This document shows positions 8,861-19,188 of a stretch of 23,959 nt of DNA, one piece after another (positions within the stretch are counted from its first letter, which is position 1; each line of letters opens with the position of its first letter). The DNA lies in assembly GCA_018985225.1 (NCBI GenBank), contig JADGIF010000064.1, positions 1-23,959 of the forward strand, read 5' to 3'. The notes beneath the pieces were generated by a model. That model ran no database searches and had not been told where the DNA came from. It worked only from the letters and a program-made list of their open reading frames with translations. Source of the stretch: Amoeboradix gromovi X-113 (lineage: Eukaryota > Fungi > Sanchytriomycota). The translations under genes and the position numbers were made by a program.

Positions 8861-10030
8861 ATGCTTTATTTTCTGATTTTGCTATTTTCTGTGTTGTTAG
8901 AAATGAAAACAAACTATGAAGTCGAGCTAAAAGAATGGATCAGCCAATTGCAAACTTTGCTGAATGGCGAGACACCAGTGGATGAAAAGAATGATAATAT
9001 TATGAGATTCTTAAAAAACAATAAAAACCCATTTTTAGCCTGTATCAATGATATTGAAGAAGAGGTGCCGGTGCAAACTTTGAATTCCATAGAGTTGGTA
9101 AAAAATGCTAGAGAGCTAGACTTTGTAAGACATTTCCTGGACAACTACACAAACATTGGTATGTCAAAATTGAAGGAACTATTCGAAAACGAAGAGAAGT
9201 ATAGTCTGGAGTATTTAAATACACTATTACCATATTTTGAATTATATCGTACCAGTAATTCTGATTTTGATCTAAACAAAGGAGATTTAAAATCATCTGC
9301 AGTCTTTCTCAAAGTTTTGAAAATTTACGGCGTGAAGTTTGGCTCTCTTGATTCTAACTCAAACTTGGGAGGAATAAAAAAAATTACAACTGAAATAATC
9401 AGTAACACTCAGCGTATCACAAACATTTATGCCAGAAAGTTCATCGCGTTTCTAGCAAAGAAAGCCTGCAAATACTCCTACAGCAAAGCAGCTGGGAATA
9501 CATGTCGGGTATTCCAAGAGCTCTCTGCTCCTGTAACGGGCAAGACATGGGACTTTTTTTTAATGGAGGATCTTTCCTTAGAGAAAGAATTATATTACCA
9601 AGATATACTAGACCAGATAAGAAATAACAAAATTCCTCTAAATTACATTTTTGCAAAGAGAATGGATAAAAGATTTGAGAAATTTGAGAGATCGAAACAA
9701 CAGCAAAGTAATAAATGGTATATCCGCTTCAAGCTGTTATGCAGCCTGGACGATATTGACTTGCTTGCATTTTTAGGCATGCATGCGTACTACAAAGATC
9801 CCAAATATTTCTTGATTAAAGGAGATGCGGTTTCTGAAGATTACCAGAAATTGTTAACAGCCGCCATTAAAGATCAGGATAAATATGGTATAGCTATAGT
9901 TTATAAACTATTTGATCATCATTATAGAGATGTTATTATTTCAAATCGAAAGCTGAGTGCCAAAACCAAGCATGAGAGTGATTGGTATGATAAATTGAGC
10001 AATTTAGAAAATAAGCCAAAGAAGCCATAG
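8861..10030 (+). CDS. Orphan signal-peptide protein (389 aa), effector-like
   Basis: Long ORF with hydrophobic N-terminus MLYFLILLFSVLLE. Weak motif similarity to 15199..16338. Confidence 0.8.
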   Translation: MLYFLILLFSVLLEMKTNYEVELKEWISQLQTLLNGETPVDEKNDNIMRFLKNNKNPFLACINDIEEEVPVQTLNSIELVKNARELDFVRHFLDNYTNIGMSKLKELFENEEKYSLEYLNTLLPYFELYRTSNSDFDLNKGDLKSSAVFLKVLKIYGVKFGSLDSNSNLGGIKKITTEIISNTQRITNIYARKFIAFLAKKACKYSYSKAAGNTCRVFQELSAPVTGKTWDFFLMEDLSLEKELYYQDILDQIRNNKIPLNYIFAKRMDKRFEKFERSKQQQSNKWYIRFKLLCSLDDIDLLAFLGMHAYYKDPKYFLIKGDAVSEDYQKLLTAAIKDQDKYGIAIVYKLFDHHYRDVIISNRKLSAKTKHESDWYDKLSNLENKPKKP

Positions 10031-10159
10031 AGAATGCTTCGGCAGACGATTGTCCTATTTGGATAAAATTAGTAAAGTGTTTATTGTTATATCTGATTAA
10101 TTCTCGGTGTTGCATCTACAGCGCAATCGAGTACTAGCAAGCCTGTTTAGGAATATTAA

Positions 10160-11203
10160 TTATTTATTTTGTTTAACATACTGCACCACTTTCCAACCTC
10201 TGGTTACTGGATTTTTAACAGAGTTTTCATCCAAAGCCATAACAAAGACATACCTATAGCTCTGTATACTCTCCTCACTTCCATGTACTATCTTTTTGTC
10301 TTTATCTCTATAAATAGTAAGTTCATCGGTTGTACTGGCCAACAACAACAATATACGATCTTGCTCCTTTTCCATCTTCACAAGCTGTGTCTCTCTAACT
10401 TCTAGCAATTTAGAATCATTGTGTAGTCCCTTGTCTTTGAACTCTTTATCTATTTGGTTGACCATGTTAAGACTTGCCTCTGTCATCCATTCACTTAATC
10501 GCTGTTTATTTCCCTCAAGCATGCTTTCAATAATTTCAGGGATAAAAAGAGCCCTACAGTCTTGTAAATATATGTCTGGATGGAATTGAGGGTCAAGAGA
10601 TCTGATTTCTGTGACGAGTTTCGATTGATCACTTTGACTAAAAACACCACTGAAGAAGTTGACTGTATTTTGAACCATATCCCGCATTACTAATAAGGCA
10701 GTACTGTTGCTGTTATCAATGGATTTGCTCAGGGAATCTATGGAGGAAGAAAATGGGTTTTGTACGTTCCAGGTTTTAGATGCTGCCAATTCTGTGGAAT
10801 CAGAGTTTGCGAAGTTGGAAGGCAAACTCTTTTTGCGCGCTCGGTATACTTCTCTTAATTCTCTAGGTGGCATACCTCCAAAATGAATCGCTTCCTGATA
10901 AAGCGAAGTTAAGCTGCTTTTAATTAATGGATGTTCGCTTATATCATCCATGGTTTTACCAAAATACGACATTGACTTTCCTATAGGTGATTGCTGTAGC
11001 TGGTCTACTATTTTTCGTGTTCTTTGTAATGATGGCGATGGAATATTAAATTTGGGTAAGTTTGATCTCGTGTCCGCTATTTGCTTCAAATTAGTTCTCA
11101 TATTCTCACTTTGTTGTATTTGCTTGTTTAGGCTCTCTTTAAACACCCTGAATGTAGATTTGTCTGATTTATTAGAACCAAATCTTTGTACAATTCTCAA
11201 CAT
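10160..11203 (-). CDS. TIM44: Mitochondrial import inner membrane translocase subunit TIM44
   Basis: Presequence-like MLRIVQRFGS, FKESLNKQIQQSENMRTNLKQI, and C-terminal Tim44 domain IRSLDPQFHPDIYLQDCRALFIPEIIESMLEGNKQRLSEW...GWKVVQY. First ATG at 11203. Confidence 0.9.
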   Translation of the reverse strand: MLRIVQRFGSNKSDKSTFRVFKESLNKQIQQSENMRTNLKQIADTRSNLPKFNIPSPSLQRTRKIVDQLQQSPIGKSMSYFGKTMDDISEHPLIKSSLTSLYQEAIHFGGMPPRELREVYRARKKSLPSNFANSDSTELAASKTWNVQNPFSSSIDSLSKSIDNSNSTALLVMRDMVQNTVNFFSGVFSQSDQSKLVTEIRSLDPQFHPDIYLQDCRALFIPEIIESMLEGNKQRLSEWMTEASLNMVNQIDKEFKDKGLHNDSKLLEVRETQLVKMEKEQDRILLLLASTTDELTIYRDKDKKIVHGSEESIQSYRYVFVMALDENSVKNPVTRGWKVVQYVKQNK

Positions 11204-11455
11204 CACCCTTTGTTTCACTGTCCCATTCTGGAACTACATTAAAAACTTCTTTAATTACCAAGCAAGAGTTTCATCTGCGATTGTGATAATATCCGGTATA
11301 ATATGCTCGAGCTGCATGATTTAGCGTTAAAACTGCATTAGCTTTGGAAGAAGGCAGCTCTGTTCTTGTTTATGCTAGCTACGTCTTGAAGAACGGACTC
11401 ATCAAATAATAATTTCTATATTTTACAGTGTCTAGAGTTTGAGTATAATAATTTA

Positions 11456-12634
11456 TTAGTTTTTTCTGGGCTTCCTACTGTATGTATGTAATTTGACACT
11501 ATCCAAATCCAAATCCAACGAGTGAGAATCCAGGTAGACCACAAAATTAGTCTGCAAATAGTATACGACTGATCTCTCTATTGTTATTAGTGTATAGTGA
11601 TCAGGGTTAGATAAATCAAGGTTCCAAGTCGCAATTTCCAAATAACATGGCGAATCCCAATCAAAATATTTTTTCATAAACCTCTGCACCTGTAATGGTT
11701 TGCCTTGGTCCAGCATTTTAAAGTCCTCAATGTAGCTCACGTATTGTCCTGACAAAGACTCAGTGCATATAACTTTAAACCTATTCCACAGGTTTTTGTT
11801 TCTAATTATGCTTGTAATGTTAAGGTCGTTTTTTACAATCTGTTTGCTCAAATAAACTGGATATATTGTAGCCATTGCTATACATATTGAGTTTGCTATG
11901 TTCATGTATACTCGTGGCGAGTTTTTTCCAGTTATAGCATGAGATATTATTGAAATAGTAAATATGATACAGTACAAGCAATTGGCACCAAAAGTGGCAT
12001 ATAAATACTTCTTAGTTTTAAATATATCGTTTGAATAATCGATGTTACGAATTAGCTCAAAAGTAAAGATGTAAAAAATAATTAAAAATAAATAAGTAAC
12101 GCTATTTGCCCAAGCTTTACACCCATCAATGCCTGTACTGTTGTGCAATGCTGGGCCTGATATCAACACGTATATTAGGAAGCAGAATGTGCCAGGAATG
12201 AATATCATCGCCATAAAAATACAAATTTTCTTCCTTTTTAACTTCTTCATCATAGCTGGCTGATCCCAGAAAAAGCCGTCTTTTGGCATGCTAGATAACA
12301 GGAAACATATTTTTGTTAATATTTCGCTTTCTTTTGTTTGTTTTGGATTCGCCAAATTGAAAAATCTACAGACCATAATCATATACGTGACCATCATAGC
12401 CATTGTCAGATAAGAATACGCAAAACCATATGCTACGCATCCGAACACTGGCGGGCCATCCATATTCAAAAACACGTCGAATATATTATAGAGAGACCCG
12501 AACGCTACTAATATTAAGGTCAATGTAGGCATTCTAACCTGAATAAATGCAGAGTCATTTTTTGATAGGAAATACCCCACACATGAGAAATCAAAGAGTA
12601 TTTTAACCAACAAACCGATCAAAATTTCTAACAT
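11456..12634 (-). CDS. Multi-pass (about 7 TM) membrane protein with C-terminal degenerate RGS domain
   Basis: About seven hydrophobic segments (includes IQVRMPTLTLI) followed by IIRNKNLWNRFKVICTESLSGQYVSYIEDF...FMKKYFDWDSPCYLEI, which resembles the RGS box. Confidence 0.72.
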   Translation of the reverse strand: MLEILIGLLVKILFDFSCVGYFLSKNDSAFIQVRMPTLTLILVAFGSLYNIFDVFLNMDGPPVFGCVAYGFAYSYLTMAMMVTYMIMVCRFFNLANPKQTKESEILTKICFLLSSMPKDGFFWDQPAMMKKLKRKKICIFMAMIFIPGTFCFLIYVLISGPALHNSTGIDGCKAWANSVTYLFLIIFYIFTFELIRNIDYSNDIFKTKKYLYATFGANCLYCIIFTISIISHAITGKNSPRVYMNIANSICIAMATIYPVYLSKQIVKNDLNITSIIRNKNLWNRFKVICTESLSGQYVSYIEDFKMLDQGKPLQVQRFMKKYFDWDSPCYLEIATWNLDLSNPDHYTLITIERSVVYYLQTNFVVYLDSHSLDLDLDSVKLHTYSRKPRKN

Positions 12635-13520
12635 TGTGGCTTCAACTTCAATATTTTTTAATGTATGTGGAAATATTATTCAAGTTGTTGAAAGTCTATT
12701 AAGCGGCGAAGCTACACAGGGCTGGCGAACAAGAGAAAATCATAACTGCAAATTGTCACAGTGTATAAGTAACAAAACATTGTGCTTTTCTGCTCAAACA
12801 GTTCTACCTTCTTGTGGAATGATTTGAAGTTGTATAATTTTGTAAACTGCGCGATTAACTAAAATTCTCAATGGGATTTTGGCTGTATTTCAACATTCTG
12901 AACAGGTCATTTTTTAAGTATACAAAACCTAACTCATAGACCTATTTGTTAATTTCCATGTGATATCAGCTGAACCACAAGGAAGATTATAAGAACATGT
13001 TGTTCACTATTCCAGTTAACATTTCATTTTATCAGAGCATGCAGGTTAAGATCTAATGAGTTATATTGGCTTTTATAAGTTTTTTTACTTCCTCATTTAT
13101 ATCAAACGACGCAATCTAAGCGTTTCTACCATACATGGATTTCATATCATATTTTTGTTGGACATGGAAACGAAAATTTTTCCATGCTAACATCCAAAAG
13201 AATTGCAATTAACATGGGTACCATAATACCTTAGACTTTGTCATTTTCAAGTAATGCATCAGAGCGACCAAGCTAGATCACATGAGATAATCAAGAATTT
13301 AGACAAGTATCGAAATCCTTAAATGCATGCAACAGTCACAGTACAACTAATAAACCTTTTTCAACTACATTCAGGTCATGCGAACGCCATTTTGTGTTGT
13401 GATCACACATCACAATCATGCACGCTGATTGAAAATACTAATCTTAAAACTGTCCTTGATTGGCCACTGATACATTTCGTTTGATTAAATTTGGTGTCCC
13501 TCCAAATTAATATCCGAACG

Positions 13521-14846
13521 ATGAATGATAACATGGAGCGACCGGTTAATGCGAGAAAGAAGAGTAGCGGAGGGCAGCAAGTAATGGAATGGATTAAAAG
13601 AAGAGGTTCGCTGAATAACCAGGCCCAGCCGAATCGATTACGGCGAGGAAGTGAAAAACCATCTGTGAATTTCACTAACGATATCAAGGATTATCAGCTA
13701 CTATACATGATAGGACAGGGTGGATCAGCCAATGTTTTCATGGGAAAGTACACCAAGATGGATATGATGATTGCTATAAAACAAATCAACATCGAAAAAT
13801 TTGAAAGGCATCACATTGATGAGCTAAGAAATGAAATTCAGATAATGAGTCTATGCCGGCACCCTAATCTTTTACCCATACACAAAAGTTTTATCAATGA
13901 GCAACATCTGTGGGTTATAACTCCGGTACAAAACGGAGGATCGTGCTTGGATCTTTTGACTCTTCAATTTCCTACTGGCGTGGATGAAATTAGCTGCGCA
14001 ACGATAATGCGGCAATGTCTACAGGGATTGCTGTACCTTCATAATAACGATTTGATTCATAGGGACGTGAAATGCGCTAATTTACTGATATGCAAGGACA
14101 CAGGCTTGGTTCAATTAAGCGACTTCGGAGTTAGCAAAACTCTGATGGACTACGGTAGGAAGAAAAATAGAAGCACTTTTTGTGGCACACCAGCCTGGAT
14201 GGCACCAGAGCTGTTGGAAGAGAAGGAATACGACGAAAAAGCGGACATATGGTCTTTTGGTATCACTATGATAGAGCTAGCTACAGGAAAAGCACCGTAT
14301 TCACATTTTCCGCCGCTGAAGACTATTTTGATGACCTTGAAGAATCCATCACCGTCTTTGCTAATTGATGAGATATCTCAGAATTACGGTAAGGTGGCAA
14401 AGCAGCTGGTTGATACTTGTCTAAAAAAGGATCCCAGCGAACGAAGTTCCAGTGAGATTCTCAATGAGCACTCTTTCTTCAAAAAGGCTAAACAGCCATT
14501 ATCACTGGTCTCTAATCTGCATCTAGACAGCCTTGCACCCCTTCATGAGCGATCTATATCCTCCAGGCGCGAAACTTCATTCGAAGAAGAGCAAATAAAG
14601 TGGGATTTTGGTGAAATGCAAATTGATAGGAAACATAGCGAAGAATCTAAAGACAGTGGATATTCTAGTTTGTCTAGAAGGTCCAGTCATAGAAGAGACA
14701 GTATAAACAGTCAAGATACCGAAACCTCTCAAATTGGTAGATTCATCGTAGAATCACCTGCTCTTAGTCGAGCTAATTCTATTGAAAGAGTTAGCAGGTT
14801 TAAAGTGCAGCGCAGTTTAAGCAAATCTGAAAGCACTACATCTTAA
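13521..14846 (+). CDS. STE20-family Ser/Thr kinase, OSR1/SPAK (Fray, GCK-VI)-like
   Basis: IGQGGSA, IAIKQINIE, ELRNEIQIMSLCRHPN, HRDVKCANLL, SDFGVS, TFCGTPAWMAPE, ELATGKAPYSHFPPLKTILMTLKNPSP. First ATG at 13521. Confidence 0.93.
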   Translation: MNDNMERPVNARKKSSGGQQVMEWIKRRGSLNNQAQPNRLRRGSEKPSVNFTNDIKDYQLLYMIGQGGSANVFMGKYTKMDMMIAIKQINIEKFERHHIDELRNEIQIMSLCRHPNLLPIHKSFINEQHLWVITPVQNGGSCLDLLTLQFPTGVDEISCATIMRQCLQGLLYLHNNDLIHRDVKCANLLICKDTGLVQLSDFGVSKTLMDYGRKKNRSTFCGTPAWMAPELLEEKEYDEKADIWSFGITMIELATGKAPYSHFPPLKTILMTLKNPSPSLLIDEISQNYGKVAKQLVDTCLKKDPSERSSSEILNEHSFFKKAKQPLSLVSNLHLDSLAPLHERSISSRRETSFEEEQIKWDFGEMQIDRKHSEESKDSGYSSLSRRSSHRRDSINSQDTETSQIGRFIVESPALSRANSIERVSRFKVQRSLSKSESTTS

Positions 14847-15198
14847 TAAATGAATATATTCTACAAAAATCTTAATCACGAGACACTATTTTGTTGCTAT
14901 GGAATTTATCATTTGAGAGTTCCATTTTCCAATTTTGAAATCAAATTAATTTATTATTACAAAATGGTTTCTGGTCCCTATTAAGGTTTACTTGAACCTC
15001 AAGTAAGATTAGATGCCTTGACTGATTACTTCTGAGTATATTCATATTAATGGCCAAGATTATTTACTCGCGAGGCCCTTGTAAATATCACTACGTTATA
15101 AAATAGCAATTTTTAGAAAGGCCATCTAGTAGTATTGCCTATTTAGACAAGTCGAGAATTCAAGACTACCAGTTGTCTAGACACGCATTATATTGTTG

Positions 15199-16338
15199 TC
15201 ATTTGGGTTTCAATCTTCGTAATAAAGTTTTATAATATCCTCCAACCCTTCTTTCTGGATACTGCATGCTACCAAATGAGGAATCCAATATATCTTCCAT
15301 GTCTTTTAAACTTCTACGATAATCGCTATCAGTTCTTGCAAAGTAGGACATAGCCAAGAAATGATAATAACTTTGATCATCTAGCTTACGATGCCTCCAC
15401 ATCTTTTCTATTTTTGCCAAGCGTAAAGCATACAATTTTTTATTATCCACTTCAATTAGGATATGCCCATGAAGATTGTCTTGTTGAAACGGAGCTTCTA
15501 CTTTTGAATATCCTACAAATGGCAATGCAAGAGCATGCTTTTCTTTATTAAACCTATTTCCTAAAACAAATTGTGCAAAGTTCGCGAATTCCGGAGGGCA
15601 TTCTTTAACTTTCGACTCTAAATCCGGAATAAATCTTGACAAAGATTCGATCTTTTCAGCATATACTGCAGCAAACTTTATTGGATGCGCTTTAACGTAT
15701 GGCCAGTAAGCTGCTAACGCAGGCAAGGTAATCATGCAGAGATTATCTAAACTGGATTCTACCGCGCTATATTCTGTACTTTCTGGATCTCCTAATTCTT
15801 TTGAAAGCAAGGTGGCTAAAATATTATTTTGGATCACTTTTTGATAAAAGTTAAGATAGATCTTCAAGTCATCCGAACGCTTTATTTCCTCAAGTTCATC
15901 AGCAGGAAAGTTCTTTTGAGAGGAAACTTTCAATAAAATAGCCAATTCATAAGCATTCTTCGCTATTAGCCACAAGCCGTAGTTTAACCCGTAATACACT
16001 TCATCGTTATAAAGTAGTTTTGGCCTATTTATCACAGCATATGCCAATATCCCAATGTTTTTTGAGTTTAACTCTGAAGCTTCTCTTACTTTTTCTGCCC
16101 AGTCATAACCGTACATCTTACACATATTTGTTGCAAAGATATTACTGCCATCCCAATTAAAACCTTGTACAGTCTCAATATTCTCTACTAACGACGAAAT
16201 TGTAAATTTATTAGTGATTTTGTAATATGCAAATCTTTGAAAAACTTCAGTCGCCATTCCACTTACCCAGTCAGGAATTGTATCTGCTGCACGGATAGGA
16301 ACAAAGGAAAGCAGAGTTAGAGTTAAAAAATGCCGCAT
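15199..16338 (-). CDS. Orphan secreted protein (379 aa), effector-like
   Basis: Classical signal peptide MRHFLTLTLLSFVPIRA-AD, followed by a long ORF with no recognisable domain. Confidence 0.82.
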   Translation of the reverse strand: MRHFLTLTLLSFVPIRAADTIPDWVSGMATEVFQRFAYYKITNKFTISSLVENIETVQGFNWDGSNIFATNMCKMYGYDWAEKVREASELNSKNIGILAYAVINRPKLLYNDEVYYGLNYGLWLIAKNAYELAILLKVSSQKNFPADELEEIKRSDDLKIYLNFYQKVIQNNILATLLSKELGDPESTEYSAVESSLDNLCMITLPALAAYWPYVKAHPIKFAAVYAEKIESLSRFIPDLESKVKECPPEFANFAQFVLGNRFNKEKHALALPFVGYSKVEAPFQQDNLHGHILIEVDNKKLYALRLAKIEKMWRHRKLDDQSYYHFLAMSYFARTDSDYRRSLKDMEDILDSSFGSMQYPERRVGGYYKTLLRRLKPK

Positions 16339-16500
16339 TTTGTGACTTTATTTTTGACCCTCAAACTTGAAACTTTGTAAATCATATCACTACTCCTTAA
16401 AGTCTTTAGGTTTCACAAAATCAAGACGTTCCAGGAGAAACGTACAAACAACTGCGGCTCAGACTGCTGCTAATTTGAGATGGAATTTAATGGTTATAAA

Positions 16501-17530
16501 TTAATCAAGTATATGATCCTGTGAGATAAATATTTCTATCTACTTCCAATTCATAGTTTCTGCATGGATATTTCTCCAAAGTAGCCGTCTTAATAGTATC
16601 ACAGACGTCTGACTAGTAAATTCCTCATTATGTTTCATCAACATCGTTCCTCTTTCCTTGCACTTGAACTTCGTTATGGACTGGCTATTGAGTGCAGAAG
16701 ATTTCATTCTATATCTTTTTATCCCTTAAGATTTTAAATGTTGTGCCTTGCCAGACCTGGGCTCATTTCTATTGATAAAAATAGAGATTATCGAGTTTTT
16801 ACCTAATTGGAAAAGTCTAGAAAGAGAATTTACTAGATCCATATAGCTAATGTAATCTAAATGGATGATATTTTCAATTTAAAAGAAGGCATTTGTGTTT
16901 TCTTAACTGTGCACAATGTTTCCTAGTGTTTCGTGGAAGCTGTAGCTTTTCACAAGTAGTAATTACATGCTGCTACGAGCAAGCTTTATTAACAAATAAT
17001 TTATCAGCTATCTGGTTTTTGTAAGAAGCATCAGTAACAAGTCATGAAATCTAATATATACAATTTTTATTCAAGCACTATACACTTGCTTTTTGACAAA
17101 TTATAAACATAGCTGAAGTCAATTTGAACTTGCTTGGTAGTTGAGTATTTGCGACTTACCATGTTTCTCAAAATTGGTTGAATATCAAGCAGAGAGTCCA
17201 ACTCATATATAAGCATTGCAGATTGAACAGGTTTATAGTAAACTAGTTCTTTCAAAACTTGTTTGGCCAGTACATATCTCCTCAAGTCCCCAGTGTCTGA
17301 ATTCATGTCCGCCTTCACCTTCACTACAAAGGAATTCATGTGAGAATACAGTTTGATTTTATTTAAGCTGGAGCTAGAGTTTCCAGACCAATGAATGTTT
17401 ATTAGTAAAGCATTTCAAATGGTTCGTAGAGCACTATCGAACACTTCTTGCTTGGATAGATCGCTTGCATTTTAATATGTCCAAAATTAATTAACAAAAA
17501 TTGGGACAATACAATTTATAAACAGTTGCC
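16501..17530 (-). pseudogene. Probable decayed gene, tandem to the secreted-protein gene
   Basis: Coding-like fragments interrupted by stops and frameshifts: IVLSQFLLINFG; SDLSKQEVFDSALRTI*NALLINIHWSG..MNSFVVKVKAD...; HLDYISYMDLVNSLSRLFQLG. Includes the 90-aa ORF 17067..17339. Confidence 0.35.
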
Positions 17531-17733
17531 GTTATACATTTAATTACTCGACTAGATCAAGTCATAATCAAAGGCCCTTTAATGCATGTTTCTTCGCTTG
17601 CCAGTTGTGCACGTCTTTTTATTTTTATTGCTAAATTAAGCATTCACACCTAAATTCCCCACTACTATCCTGCGAGTTTACGGCCAATCCATCTTGTTAT
17701 ATATTAAAGAGGCAACGTTCTTTTCAGTTTCAA

Positions 17734-18299
17734 CATGTTTATTGAAATTCGTGTTTCATCCATAAAGCAAATCTCGCATCTTACGGTACTGGCTTTTTAA
17801 GATCAGCTGATTTCCAAGATTGAACCTCTGCATATTTTTAAAATTTATCTTTATCGGTTGTGAAATAGAAAGCAAATTTCAAAGGGACAACTCAAAGAAT
17901 TCGGAAGTGGAGATAAATGGACCAGCGACCGAGAAGATAATGTGACAGACGAATTTCCCGTATCCTAAGTGAGCAATATCGGTAAGTTTTAAGAAACAGC
18001 CAGGTCCTAGCCGGTTCATTACTCAGGATAAAAGGATTAGCCATCAATACAATGCTACTAGCAGTCTGGACCAATTAGAAGAGCATTTAAGAGATATTAT
18101 CGATAATACTAGAATGCTGGTTTCAGAAGACTTAAATCATCTACACTCATTTGTAATTGAGATTAGAGTTCCTGAATCTAAGCATTAGCATCAGTAAAGA
18201 TCTGAAGTATGGATCAGAAACCATTGTTCTACAAGAAGAGCCAACTTTTCAGATGTAAAGCAGTTGCCGAAAAGGAAGCTGGTGCACTCTGATGTCTAA
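17734..18299 (+). pseudogene. Decayed ORF, loosely Crinkler N-terminal-like
   Basis: MFIEIRVSSIKQISHLTVLAF*DQLISKIEPLHIFKIYLYRL*... LDQLEEHLRDIIDNTRMLVSEDLNHLHSFVIEIRVPESK. Ends with TAA overlapping AATAAA like intact neighbouring genes. Confidence 0.3.
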
Positions 18300-18534
18300 T
18301 AAACTATTGTTTCAATTTCTTGTAATTTATTGCTCTTTCACAAAGTTGCAAATATTGCATAGCAATAATTAGGGCTAGAACGGCTGTAAATTACGATAAA
18401 AAGCGTAAACAAGGACCTAGAAAAAATCACAAAGTTTTAATGCAGTTGCAGAGTCGTAGGGATGTGTGAGCTGAATAATACACTAATTGCATAGCCAATA
18501 AAATCTCTAACTTACGCACAGACCAATTGAAACC

Positions 18535-19123
18535 ATGGTAACTTTAAATGTTCATTTCCAGAACAAGTCTTTATTCTTTTGGAAATGTCCAAACAGCCAG
18601 ACTGTTAAGGATGCCATTGATGAGATGCTGCCAACTGCAAATGTGTGGCTATTTGCTTTAAAATTTAATAGTAAGAACAAAAGTGAGGAAAACAGAAGCA
18701 AAGAATTAATATTAGAAAAGCTGAATGCTTACTCTACAAATAAGCATGGATATGTTGCAAGTGAATTCCAGTCCATTTCCAATCATATTTTGTTAGAAAT
18801 GGGAATAGATCTAACACTAGTGAACAAAGAAGTTGACAACAGTTTTGGTCTTTGGTGGATGGGTAAAGAGTTAAGAAAGAGTATGTCTTTTACAGAATGC
18901 ATTGGTACGAATGAAAAAACAATCTTGATGGTAAAACTGTCAAATGTACTTCATTTTAATTTAGACTCCAACTACCGCTGTAGAGCTTAAATTTTCTTCA
19001 GATGAATATTTGAGTATGCTGAAATATGGCAGAGAAAGACAAGACTTTATCATGGGACCAAACTCAGAAGAGGTGAGCACATGGCTTGATCAAGAAAGCA
19101 AAGCTATCAGCTACAAATATTAA
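18535..19123 (+). CDS. CFAP298: CFAP298 (C21orf59/Kurly) homolog, two exons 18535-18945 + 18965-19123 (189 aa)
   Basis: MVTLNVHFQNKSLFFW resembles MVLLHVKRGDESQFLL. LWWMGKELRKSMSFTECIGTNEKTILMVKL resembles LWWAAKELRRTKKLSDYVGKNEKTKIIAKI. Exon 2 FSSDEYLSMLKYGRERQD..STWLD resembles ISSEEQKQLMLYYHRRQE..SPWAD. Human sequence recalled from memory. Confidence 0.82.
18946..18964 (+). other. Putative 19-nt GT-AG spliceosomal intron
   Basis: gtacttcattttaatttag; its removal restores the frame into the conserved CFAP298 C-terminus. Confidence 0.65.
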
Positions 19124-19188
19124 TCAATATTAAATTCTGTTCTTTCTTTACTTTATCCCTATGTACTATCGGAAGTCACTTTACTTAT

